From assembly GCA_965662315.1 (NCBI GenBank), contig CBFIHY010000001.1:1-36000 (forward strand): a stretch of 36,000 bases of DNA, written 5' to 3'. The notes under the pieces are model-generated. The model was not told where the DNA came from, did no database searches, and worked only from the letters and a program-made list of their open reading frames with translations. Every line of letters starts with the position of its first letter. Position 1 is the first letter of the stretch. Made by a program: the position numbers and the translations under genes. Shown in pieces: positions 20,331 to 29,342 of the stretch. This DNA is from Alphaproteobacteria bacterium (lineage in GTDB: Bacteria > Pseudomonadota > Alphaproteobacteria > RS24).

Positions 20331-20426
20331 CTCCCGCTAATCTACGTTGTTAATCTGTCGCCGCCAAGCCCACTTGCCCCGCCTGCAAGGGCGTATTAGA
20401 TAGAAGCGATAGCGAAAGGATTTCCA

Positions 20427-21164
20427 ATGACTGTTTCACGCCCCTCAGGCCGCACTGCTGATGCGCTGCGCGCCGTCAGCCTCGAGACGGATGTCTCCAA
20501 ACACGCTGAAGGCTCTTGCCTTGTCAAGTTTGGCGACACGCATGTTTTATGCACTGCCTCATTGGAAACCCGCGTGCCGCCATGGCTGCGCGGGCAAGGG
20601 CGTGGCTGGGTGACGGCTGAATATGGCATGCTGCCGCGTTCCACCGGCGAGCGGATGCGCCGCGAAGCCAATGCCGGAAAGCAATCGGGCCGCACGCAAG
20701 AAATCCAACGCCTTATCGGCCGTTCACTGCGCGCCGTGGTCAATTTGGAAGCTTTGGGCGAAAATCAAATCTCGCTTGATTGCGATGTCATTCAGGCCGA
20801 TGGCGGCACCCGCACCGCGTCCATTACCGGCGCTTGGGTGGCGCTTTATCAATGCGTTGCCAAAATGAAAAATGACGGGTTGATTTCAACGCCGGTGATG
20901 GGCGGCGTATTGCGCGACCAAGTGGCGGCTTTATCTTGCGGCATTTATCAGGGCCTGCCGGTGGCTGACCTCGATTATGATGAAGACAGTGTCGCCGATA
21001 CGGATGGCAATTTTGTCATGACCGGCAGCGGCGCTTTGGTTGAAATTCAAGCGACAGCTGAGGGCGAAGCTTTTGACGAGGCTGAGTTCATGACCCTGAT
21101 GAGCCTTGCCAAAGCCGGCATTGCCGAGCTGGTCGGTTTGCAAAAACAAGCGGTCGGTCTGTAA
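20427..21164 (+). CDS. rph: Ribonuclease PH
   Basis: [52 protein letters not shown]. Confidence 0.98.
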   Translation: MTVSRPSGRTADALRAVSLETDVSKHAEGSCLVKFGDTHVLCTASLETRVPPWLRGQGRGWVTAEYGMLPRSTGERMRREANAGKQSGRTQEIQRLIGRSLRAVVNLEALGENQISLDCDVIQADGGTRTASITGAWVALYQCVAKMKNDGLISTPVMGGVLRDQVAALSCGIYQGLPVADLDYDEDSVADTDGNFVMTGSGALVEIQATAEGEAFDEAEFMTLMSLAKAGIAELVGLQKQAVGL

Positions 21165-21814
21165 TGGCGCGGGCTTTTGCCGAAGAAAAGCTGATTGTTG
21201 CCAGCCATAATAAAGGCAAGCTGGTTGAAATTGCCGATTTGTTACACCGCTTTCATGTCGATACGGTTGGCGCCGATGCGCTGGGCTTGCCGGAGCCGGA
21301 AGAAACCGGTGAGACGTTTATTGCCAATGCCGAGTTAAAGGCACTGGCCGCCGCCACCACGGCCGGTCTGCCGGCGCTGTCGGATGATAGCGGCTTGGCG
21401 GTTGATGCGTTGGACGGTGCGCCGGGCATTTATTCGGCGCGCTGGGCGGAGACGGCGAATGGACGCGATTTTGATTTCGCCATGCATAAAATTGAAATGG
21501 CATTAAATAAATTGTCCGATCAAAATAATGACGAACGGGCGGATGTGCCGCGCACGGCGCGGTTTATTTGTGCCTTGAGCTTGGCCTGGCCCGATGGCCA
21601 TGTTGAAAGCTTTGAAGGCAAGGTTGAGGGCAGTTTGGTATGGCCGATGCGCGGCAAAAACGGCTTCGGTTATGACCCGATTTTTCTGCCCCAAGGTGGC
21701 GATATGACATTTGGCGAAATGGACCCGGTCGCCAAACATGCGATATCGCATCGCGCCGATGCGTTTGAACAATTGGTCGCGGCGTGTTTCGCCGACCGCT
21801 TGATCCGCCAATAG
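21164..21814 (+). CDS. rdgB: dITP/XTP pyrophosphatase (HAM1 family)
   Basis: [34 protein letters not shown]. Confidence 0.97.
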   Translation: MARAFAEEKLIVASHNKGKLVEIADLLHRFHVDTVGADALGLPEPEETGETFIANAELKALAAATTAGLPALSDDSGLAVDALDGAPGIYSARWAETANGRDFDFAMHKIEMALNKLSDQNNDERADVPRTARFICALSLAWPDGHVESFEGKVEGSLVWPMRGKNGFGYDPIFLPQGGDMTFGEMDPVAKHAISHRADAFEQLVAACFADRLIRQ

Positions 21815-21821
21815 GGCCCGC

Positions 21822-21863
21822 ACAGGCCGGTATGGCGAAAGGACAGGCCGATATGGCGAATGG
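21822..21863 (+). repeat. 21-bp tandem duplication of the hemW start region
   Basis: acaggccggtatggcgaaagg / acaggccgatatggcgaatgg, giving in-frame ATGs at 21832 and 21853. Confidence 0.85.
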
Positions 21864-23019
21864 ATTGACCACGCACAATCTGCCGCCGCTTGGCATTTAT
21901 CTGCATTGGCCGTTTTGTGATGCGATTTGTCCTTACTGCGATTTTAACGTGCATGGCGCGCATCTTAATAAGACCGATAATAAAGACTGGCTGGCCGCCT
22001 ATCGGGCTGAGTTAAATCACGCTTATCAATTGCGCCCGTTCGGGCAAGTCGAGACGGTGTTTTTCGGCGGCGGCACGCCGTCACTCATGTCACCTGATCT
22101 GGTCGGCGGTATTCTGGCCGCGATTGATGATTTATGGGGGCTGGATGCGCGGGCTGAAATATCATTGGAGGCCAATCCGGTCAGTGCCGCGCAAAGCCAA
22201 TTGCAAGGCTTGGCCGATGCCGGCGTGACGCGGCTTTCTTTAGGGGTGCAAGCGTTTGATGATGCGGCGCTCAAAATGCTGGGCCGCACGCATAGCGCGG
22301 CAGATGCGAAAGCGGCGTTTTTGGCGGCGCAAAATATTTTCACCGGCTGTTCTTTTGACCTTATTTATGCGCGGCCGGCGCAAACCTTAGACGGCTGGAA
22401 AAATGAATTACAAGCCGCTTTGGCTCTCGCGCCGCAGCATATGTCGCTTTATCAATTAACCATTGAAGCGGCGACACCGTTTGAAAATTATGTGGCGCAA
22501 GGCAAGTTGAGCGTTCCCGATGAAGAGCTGTCAGCAGCCCTTTATGAGGTGACGCAAGAGCTGTGCGCGGCGGCCGGTTTACCGGCTTATGAAATATCCA
22601 ATCACGCGCAAGCGGCGCATCAATGCGCGCATAATCGGGCGATTTGGCAGGGTGGTGATTATATCGGCATCGGCCCCGGCGCGCATGGGCGGGTGACGGT
22701 GAACGGACAAAAACACGCCAGTCTGGCGCATAAAAACCCGCAAATCTGGCGGCAAGCTTGCCTTGAAAACGGCCATGGTTGGTCAGATGTCACGCCTTTG
22801 GCGGCGCATGAAGCGGCGGAAGAATTGGTCATGCTGGGCTTGCGTTTATGCGACGGGCGCCCCTTGCATGTGTTGGCCGCGCAAGGGGTCAGCCTGTCGG
22901 CGGCGCGGCTGGATGCGTTGAAAGCTGATGGCTTATTGGTCGCGGCTGATAATGTTTTGCAAGCCACCGATAAAGGGCGTTTGCTGCTGGATTATATTAT
23001 TGGTCGCTTATTGGCGTAA
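21853..23019 (+). CDS. hemW: Radical SAM heme chaperone HemW (HemN-like)
   Basis: YLHWPFCDAICPYCDFN (CxxxCxxC), FFGGGTPS, EANP, YEISN, HN..W, GIGPGAH; rph-rdgB-hemW context. Start 21853 or 21832. Confidence 0.94.
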   Translation: MANGLTTHNLPPLGIYLHWPFCDAICPYCDFNVHGAHLNKTDNKDWLAAYRAELNHAYQLRPFGQVETVFFGGGTPSLMSPDLVGGILAAIDDLWGLDARAEISLEANPVSAAQSQLQGLADAGVTRLSLGVQAFDDAALKMLGRTHSAADAKAAFLAAQNIFTGCSFDLIYARPAQTLDGWKNELQAALALAPQHMSLYQLTIEAATPFENYVAQGKLSVPDEELSAALYEVTQELCAAAGLPAYEISNHAQAAHQCAHNRAIWQGGDYIGIGPGAHGRVTVNGQKHASLAHKNPQIWRQACLENGHGWSDVTPLAAHEAAEELVMLGLRLCDGRPLHVLAAQGVSLSAARLDALKADGLLVAADNVLQATDKGRLLLDYIIGRLLA

Positions 23020-24628
23020 CCGCCGGTGATGATATTGGCGATGATATTGGTGACGCTATCGGTAATAGCGATGCCTCGGTTTCGGCCTGATTTTCATCAT
23101 TACTTTCATCATCATTTAGCGTCAGGGCGCGGTCGGGATTGGAGCGGCGCAAAGCACCGGCCAATGATAAGGCGGCGCGCATACGCCGGTCATGTTCAAC
23201 AAAACTGTCGGGCGCGGCGCTGATGCTTCTTGTATCACGGCGGGTAATTTCCTGCACCGCGAGGCCGCGTTCATTCAGCCCGCTTTCTTTCAGCCTCAAA
23301 ATACCGTCAATGCCGACAAAGCCATTAGGGTCGGTCAGCAAGGCATTGCGAAACGGCGCTTCGGCATTAATCGCCGCCAAGCGCGCCGCCAAAGCCACCG
23401 CATCATAAGCCATAGAGGCCAAGCGCGGCGGCACTTCGCCATAGGTTTTTTCATAGCGCGCGGCAAAGCCTTGCCAATTGGCCCCCGGTGGGGCGGCAAA
23501 CCAGCCGCCATGCAAAGGCGGCTCTTGGCTCAATGTCGGGTCATCCCATAGCCGCGTGCCGATAAATTTAATCCGCCGCGGGTCAATATCGAAATACGGC
23601 AAAAGCGGCGCCAGATTGCGCAGCGCCAAACCGCCTTCCGGCATAAACACCGCATCATAAGGAATATCGCCCAATGTTTCTGTCAGGCTCAAAGCTTCAT
23701 AGGCCGAGACCAGCTCGGGTGCAGCATCGCCCAAAGCGGCAAATATGTCTTCCGCCTCAACCGGCGGTGGCATGGCGACCATTTCACCGCTGGTTTCATC
23801 CAGTTTTTCTTCGACCGGCAAAAGCGCCAAGGCCTCATCGGCCAATCGTTTGACCTCGGCGGCATGGGCCGCTTTGCGGCGGTCAAATTGCGCCAGTCTT
23901 TTAACCGGCTCAAACATTCCTTTCGCGTCCGGCGGATAGGTTTCGGTTTGAATAACCGTGCCACCAAATCGCTCTACCGAGGCGGCAAAATCATCGCCAA
24001 TACGGGCGCCGAAAACCCCTTCCGGCACCAAAGCGCCGAACCGCGTCAGCCCTTGCGCAATCGCCTCTGAAACAATCCGGTCGATATTTTGTTCGGGCAA
24101 GAAACCCATCAGCCAAAGATTGTCACCGGCGGCGCTGGCATCATTGGAAAAAGCAAAAGCCGGCACATCGCGTCCGGCCAGAAGCGGCTTTAAGGCAGCC
24201 GCCGAGGTGCCGAAAAGCGGCCCGACCAGCACATGAACATTGGCGGCCAATGCGGCTTTGCCGGCTTGTAAGGCGGCTTGCGGTGTGCCGCGCGTATCAT
24301 GCAGGCGCAGCACCAGATTTTTTTGCCCGCTATCAAATAAGGCCAATTGCGCCGCATTATAAAGATGACCGGCCAATTGACGTATGGCATCGCGCTCATC
24401 GCCCATTGGCAAAAGCAGGCCAATGATGCGGGCTTCTTCATCGCGCGGCGGCGCGGCCGGATAAGCCGCTTTATCAATCGGCATGATGCTCGGCGTGGGT
24501 GGCGCAATCACCACCGGCGTTTTGGCAATGGGCGGGGCAATATTATTTGTCGGCGCGCCGCCACAGGCTGAAAGCGCGGTTAAGGCAAAGGCCGAAGCGA
24601 GCCATAGTGAGGGGCGAAAAGCGGACAT
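22997..24628 (-). CDS. Penicillin-binding protein activator (LpoA/LppC-like, periplasmic binding protein fold) lipoprotein
   Basis: Lipobox LSA-C after a hydrophobic signal from ATG 24628; GLLLP, VGPLFG, GTRLWD, YDAVALA, GIDGILR...GLNERGLAV; divergent from rsmI. Confidence 0.85.
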   Translation of the reverse strand: MSAFRPSLWLASAFALTALSACGGAPTNNIAPPIAKTPVVIAPPTPSIMPIDKAAYPAAPPRDEEARIIGLLLPMGDERDAIRQLAGHLYNAAQLALFDSGQKNLVLRLHDTRGTPQAALQAGKAALAANVHVLVGPLFGTSAAALKPLLAGRDVPAFAFSNDASAAGDNLWLMGFLPEQNIDRIVSEAIAQGLTRFGALVPEGVFGARIGDDFAASVERFGGTVIQTETYPPDAKGMFEPVKRLAQFDRRKAAHAAEVKRLADEALALLPVEEKLDETSGEMVAMPPPVEAEDIFAALGDAAPELVSAYEALSLTETLGDIPYDAVFMPEGGLALRNLAPLLPYFDIDPRRIKFIGTRLWDDPTLSQEPPLHGGWFAAPPGANWQGFAARYEKTYGEVPPRLASMAYDAVALAARLAAINAEAPFRNALLTDPNGFVGIDGILRLKESGLNERGLAVQEITRRDTRSISAAPDSFVEHDRRMRAALSLAGALRRSNPDRALTLNDDESNDENQAETEASLLPIASPISSPISSPAVTPISDQ

Positions 24629-24896
24629 TATCTGGCGGATTTCATAAATTATTGGCATCCCTATTTCTGCGCCTGACCCTATCTGTGCGCGGCGATGAAG
24701 TAAAGTGATGTGCGGTTTTTTCATACGGTTTTTGCACCTCGTTTGGCGAGCTTTTTTCATCACCCGCTTGCCGTTTTCATCTGGGCAGCCTTTTCGGCTG
24801 TTTTAATTCGGGAAACGAGAATTAAACCGCGATTATGGCTGTATAAGGGCAAAAGCTGCGCTTACATATGGGCGCTAAGCAGGGTAAGATTTTTCA

Positions 24897-25862
24897 ATGC
24901 AGGAAGATAAAAATCAAGACGCGCCGTCAATCGGCAGTTTGGCCGGCGGCACCCGCCCGCAAGCCGGGCTGCATATTGTTGCGACACCCATCGGTCATGC
25001 ACGCGATATCAGCTTACGCGCGCTGGATGTTTTGGCGGCGGCTGATGTGGTGCTGTGCGAAGATACGCGCGTCTCGCAAAAATTATTTGCCCGCTATCGG
25101 CTGAGACCGCATTGCTTGGCTTATCACGAGCATAATGCTGAAAAAATGCGCCCGAAAATTCTCGCGCGCTTGGCTGAAGGCCAAATCATTGCGCTGATTT
25201 CAGATGCCGGCACGCCGTTAATCTCAGACCCCGGCATGCCTTTGGTGCGTGCGGCGCGCGCCGCCGGTCATTATGTCAGTGGCGTGCCCGGCGCCTCGGC
25301 ACCGATGCTGGCTTTGTCCATCGCCGGCTTGCCGACCGATCGTTTTTGTTTTGCCGGATTTTTATCGCCGAAAAAAACCGCACGGCAAAAAGCCTTGCGT
25401 GACTTGCTGGACGCGCCTTTGGGCACATTGGTGCTGTTTGAATCTGCCAAGCGTTTGGTCGACTTATTGGCTGATATTGAGGCTTTGGCCCCGCAGGCCG
25501 AAATTTGCGTGACCCGCGAATTGACCAAAAAATTTGAACAAGTCATAAGCGGCACGCCGTCAGCCTTAAAAGCCGCTTTCACCGAAAACCCGCCGCGCGG
25601 CGAAGTGACTTTATTGATTTCTGCCGATAGGCAAAAAACCGATCTCAGCGATAGCGATATTGACGCCATGCTGGTCGATGCCATGGGCGAGATGAGCCGC
25701 CGTGATGCGGTGCAAAATATTGCCGATGAAACCGGCCTGGCGCGCAAACAAATATATGCCCGCGCCTTGGCCCTTTCCCCATCCGATAAGAAAAAAGATA
25801 AGAAGGATAATTTGCCAGATGAGCAACAAGAAGAAGCCGCATTTAACCGGCCTGACGAATAA
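24897..25862 (+). CDS. rsmI: 16S rRNA (cytidine1402-2'-O)-methyltransferase
   Basis: VATPIG..DISLRA, CEDTR, SDAGTPLISDPG, GFL, FES, RELTKKFE, RGE. Confidence 0.96.
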   Translation: MQEDKNQDAPSIGSLAGGTRPQAGLHIVATPIGHARDISLRALDVLAAADVVLCEDTRVSQKLFARYRLRPHCLAYHEHNAEKMRPKILARLAEGQIIALISDAGTPLISDPGMPLVRAARAAGHYVSGVPGASAPMLALSIAGLPTDRFCFAGFLSPKKTARQKALRDLLDAPLGTLVLFESAKRLVDLLADIEALAPQAEICVTRELTKKFEQVISGTPSALKAAFTENPPRGEVTLLISADRQKTDLSDSDIDAMLVDAMGEMSRRDAVQNIADETGLARKQIYARALALSPSDKKKDKKDNLPDEQQEEAAFNRPDE

Positions 25863-26265
25863 ACAAAAGACCCGCGATGAAGCGGCATTTAGGGCCCGCC
25901 ATGCGGCATGGGCCAAACAAGGGCGACGCAAAGGTCGCCGGGGCGAACGGGTTGCCGCTTGGCTGTTGCGGCTGAAATTTTATCGCATTATTGCGCGCAA
26001 CCGGCGCATGGCAGCGGGCGAAATTGACATTATTGCGCGGCGCGGCAAGCTGTTGGTTTTTGTCGAGGTCAAGGCGCGCGGTAATTTATGGCTGGCGCGC
26101 CAAGCCGTGGCCCCGCGACAATGGCATCGCATTGAAAAAGCGGCGGCGCAATTTGTCGCCGCCAATCCGCAATTCAGCGCGCATCGGTGGCGCTTTGATT
26201 TAGTGGCGCTGACCGGCTGGCGCTGGCCGCTGCATATTAAAGATGCGTGGCGTCATAATTTATGA
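25819..26265 (+). CDS. yraN: YraN family (UPF0102) putative endonuclease
   Basis: GRRGE..A, ARN, GEIDIIA, LVFVEVK, RFD; follows rsmI. Start uncertain (ATG 25819 overlaps the rsmI tail). Confidence 0.9.
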   Translation: MSNKKKPHLTGLTNKQKTRDEAAFRARHAAWAKQGRRKGRRGERVAAWLLRLKFYRIIARNRRMAAGEIDIIARRGKLLVFVEVKARGNLWLARQAVAPRQWHRIEKAAAQFVAANPQFSAHRWRFDLVALTGWRWPLHIKDAWRHNL

Positions 26266-26428
26266 AATCGCTGATATGGAATGATATGGAGATTGCCGAT
26301 TTACATATTCATCGCAACATCCGGCGATGGGCGCATGCAGCTGTCGTGGATTGACCGATTGGCGGTTTCACCGTAATCGTGAAGGGGAATACCGGAACTT
26401 TATCCATAGCCATCTCGCTGGAGGAATA

Positions 26429-27367
26429 ATGGCGCTGAAAATTGCCATTCAAATGGACCCGATTGCCGATATTGATATTATCGGCGACACCACTTTTGCT
26501 TTGGGGCTGGAAGCGCAAGCGCGCGGCCATGAGCTATTTTATTATGAGCCGGATATGCTGTCCATGTTGGACGGCAAAGTATCGGCCCGTCTGGCGCCAT
26601 TGCGTTTGGCTGATGAGGTGGACGCGCATTTTGAATTGGGCGCCGCACAGTTGACCGATATGCGGCAAATGGATGTGGTGCTGATGCGCCAAGACCCGCC
26701 TTTTGACATGCATTATATTTCTGCGACGCATTTTCTGGAGCGCATTCACCCTGACACTTTGGTGGTCAATGATCCGGCCGCCGTGCGCAATGCGCCGGAG
26801 AAAATTTTTCCGGTTGAATTTGAAGGCTTGCTGCCGCCGACCCTGATGACCCGCGACCGCGCTGCGCTGGACAATTTTCGCGCCATGCATGGCGATATTA
26901 TTTTAAAGCCGGTGTTCGGCAATGGCGGGGCCGGCGTGTTTCGCGTGACCGAAAAAGATGAAAATTTCGGCTCGCTGGTCGATATGTTTTTGAGCACACG
27001 CGAACCGGTGATTGCACAGGCTTATTTGCAGCAAGTGCGCGGCGGCGATAAGCGGGTGATTTTGGTCGAAGGCGAAGCGGTGGGCGCGTTAAACCGCGTG
27101 CCGGCGGAAGGCGATGCGCGCGCCAATGTGCATGTTGGCGGACGGCCCGAAGCCATTGAATTGGATGCGCGTGATATGGAAATCGCTGCGCAAATCGGCC
27201 CGCGCCTAAAGGAAATGGGCATTATTTTCGCCGGTATTGACGTGATTGGCGGCTATTTGACTGAAATTAATGTGACCTCTCCGACCTGCATTCGGGAGAT
27301 TAAAGCGTTTGGTGGGCCGGATATTGCAGCGATGATTTTGGATGCGATTGAAGCGCGGCGCAAATAG
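26429..27367 (+). CDS. gshB: Glutathione synthetase
   Basis: [49 protein letters not shown]; GGAGGA before ATG 26429. Confidence 0.97.
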   Translation: MALKIAIQMDPIADIDIIGDTTFALGLEAQARGHELFYYEPDMLSMLDGKVSARLAPLRLADEVDAHFELGAAQLTDMRQMDVVLMRQDPPFDMHYISATHFLERIHPDTLVVNDPAAVRNAPEKIFPVEFEGLLPPTLMTRDRAALDNFRAMHGDIILKPVFGNGGAGVFRVTEKDENFGSLVDMFLSTREPVIAQAYLQQVRGGDKRVILVEGEAVGALNRVPAEGDARANVHVGGRPEAIELDARDMEIAAQIGPRLKEMGIIFAGIDVIGGYLTEINVTSPTCIREIKAFGGPDIAAMILDAIEARRK

Positions 27368-27389
27368 CTTTTCGTTTACGCCCCGTGCG

Positions 27390-27650
27390 TTAAACGCGTT
27401 TTTTGTAAATATCTTGTCGCTCTAACGCATCCAAGGCAATGGTTCGGATTTGACCGGTATCACGATTGGATAGGCGCGCATGCGGCAAGCCGTTAAACTG
27501 CATTAATTCGGTGACTTCCCACAGGCTTTGGAATGTATCGACCGGCGCACTGTCGGTGATACCCATTGATTTGAAAATCTTTCTTTTGCCGGACAGGGTT
27601 TCGATAAACACATCACCCTGAGCGACCGTGACGCGTCGCGGACCAAACAT
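27390..27650 (-). CDS. Small hypothetical protein, 86 aa
   Basis: Fills the gshB-comM gap without overlap; GGAGAAGG RBS before ATG; protein-like composition; no family recognised. Confidence 0.7.
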   Translation of the reverse strand: MFGPRRVTVAQGDVFIETLSGKRKIFKSMGITDSAPVDTFQSLWEVTELMQFNGLPHARLSNRDTGQIRTIALDALERQDIYKKRV

Positions 27651-27776
27651 CTGCCTTCTCCAAGCTTTCCAAAAGCTTGCATTGATTTTAAATCAAATCA
27701 AGCCCTGCTTGTCGGCACCGCTTATTTTGCCTAAGCTTTTGAAATATCGACAAGCCAAAAGAAGAAGAAGAAAAAA

Positions 27777-29294
27777 ATGACGGCTTCCGTTTATACCATT
27801 GCCTTTCAAGGCGTCGACGCCGTGCCGGTGGATGTGCAAGTGCATTTGGCGCCCGGCCAAAATGCTTTCACCGTTGTCGGCCTGCCCGATAAATCAGTGG
27901 CTGAAAGTCGCGAGCGTGTGCGCGCGGCGCTGTCGGCTGTCGGTTTGGCCCTGCCCTATGACCGCATCACCATTAATTTATCACCGGCCGATTTGCCGAA
28001 AGAAGGCAGTCATTATGATTTGCCGATTGCGTTGGGCCTTTTGGTGGCCATGGGGGCGTTGCCACAACAAGCGGTGCACGGTTTTTATGCGATGGGGGAA
28101 TTGGGTTTGGACGGCGCCCTTATCGGCGTGCCCGGTGCCTTGCCGGCGGCCATGGCGGCATTGGAAAAAGACTTCGGACTGATTTGTCCGGCCGCATGCG
28201 GGGCGGAAGCGGCGTGGTCGGGCTTGGCCGCACCCGATAAACCGGGGATAGTTGCGGCGCGACATTTATTGGAAGCGGTCAATCATTTGCGCGGCCATCA
28301 AATATTGCCGCCGCCGCAAGCGCGGCGTATGCCACGCCAAGACAGCTTACCCGATATGGCAGATATTCGCGGCCAGCCGGTCGCCCGTTTGGCTTTGGAA
28401 GTGGCGGCAGCAGGCGGGCATAATTTACTGATGAGCGGCCCACCGGGTGCCGGCAAATCAATGCTGGCGGCGCGGTTGCCCGGCATTTTGCCGGATTTAT
28501 CGGCCGGCGAAAGACTTGAAATCTCGGTCATTGAAAGCCTGTCCTCACGCCGTGGTGGTGTGCGACTGGCCGATCAAAGGCCGTTTCGCAGCCCGCATCA
28601 TTCGGCCAGCATGGCGGCGCTTATCGGCGGCGGTCGGCAGGCGCGGCCGGGTGAAATTTCATTGGCGCATAGCGGCGTTTTGTTTCTGGATGAATTGCCG
28701 GAATTTTCGCGCCAAGCTTTGGATGCGTTGCGCCAACCGATTGAAACCGGACGGGTTGATGTGGCCCGCGCCGAGGCGCATGTCAGCTATCACGCAAAAT
28801 TTCAATTATTGGCGGCGATGAACCCGTGCCGCTGTGGCCATGCGGATGATGCCAATTTGGCGTGTCATAGATTGCCTTTGTGCCGCGATGATTATTTGGC
28901 GCGCCTGTCCGGGCCGCTTTTGGACCGGTTTGATATCAGGCTGGATGTGCCGCCCGTGCCTTTGGCCAAAATGATGGATGACGAAAAAGGCGAAGCCAGC
29001 GCGCCGATTGCGGCGCGGGTTGTGCGGGCGCAAGAAATTCAATACCGACGGCAAAAATGTTTGAATGCGCGTCTTGATGGCGATGATTTGCGTACCATGG
29101 CGGCGCCTGATGCGGCCGGTCAAAAATTGCTCGATACGATTATCGATGAAGGGGCGCTGACCGCGCGCGGCTTTAATCGGGTATTGCGGGTGGCACGCAG
29201 CTTGGCTGATTTGGCGGCGCGCGAAACCATAGGCGATAAGGATATCGCCACCGCGCTGGTCTGGCGCGGCGTTGGCCCACTAACCGCTCACTAA
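27777..29294 (+). CDS. comM: YifB/ComM family Mg-chelatase-like AAA+ ATPase
   Basis: VGLPDKSVAESRERVR, NLSPADLPKEGSHYDLPIA, GPPGAGKS, PFRSPHHSAS, PGEISLAH.GVLFLDELPEF, AAMNPC.CG, SGPLLDRFD. Confidence 0.94.
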   Translation: MTASVYTIAFQGVDAVPVDVQVHLAPGQNAFTVVGLPDKSVAESRERVRAALSAVGLALPYDRITINLSPADLPKEGSHYDLPIALGLLVAMGALPQQAVHGFYAMGELGLDGALIGVPGALPAAMAALEKDFGLICPAACGAEAAWSGLAAPDKPGIVAARHLLEAVNHLRGHQILPPPQARRMPRQDSLPDMADIRGQPVARLALEVAAAGGHNLLMSGPPGAGKSMLAARLPGILPDLSAGERLEISVIESLSSRRGGVRLADQRPFRSPHHSASMAALIGGGRQARPGEISLAHSGVLFLDELPEFSRQALDALRQPIETGRVDVARAEAHVSYHAKFQLLAAMNPCRCGHADDANLACHRLPLCRDDYLARLSGPLLDRFDIRLDVPPVPLAKMMDDEKGEASAPIAARVVRAQEIQYRRQKCLNARLDGDDLRTMAAPDAAGQKLLDTIIDEGALTARGFNRVLRVARSLADLAARETIGDKDIATALVWRGVGPLTAH

Positions 29295-29342
29295 ACTCTT
29301 ATTGATCGCCGGCCAATTTATGCCCAAGGCAAGAGTGAGGGT

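Noticed and set aside
25819-29294. yraN + comM + smr + mutS as a novel DNA-processing or defence system
   Set aside because: All are widespread core genes in their usual neighbourhoods; no mobility signs or novel partner except the single orphan reported separately.
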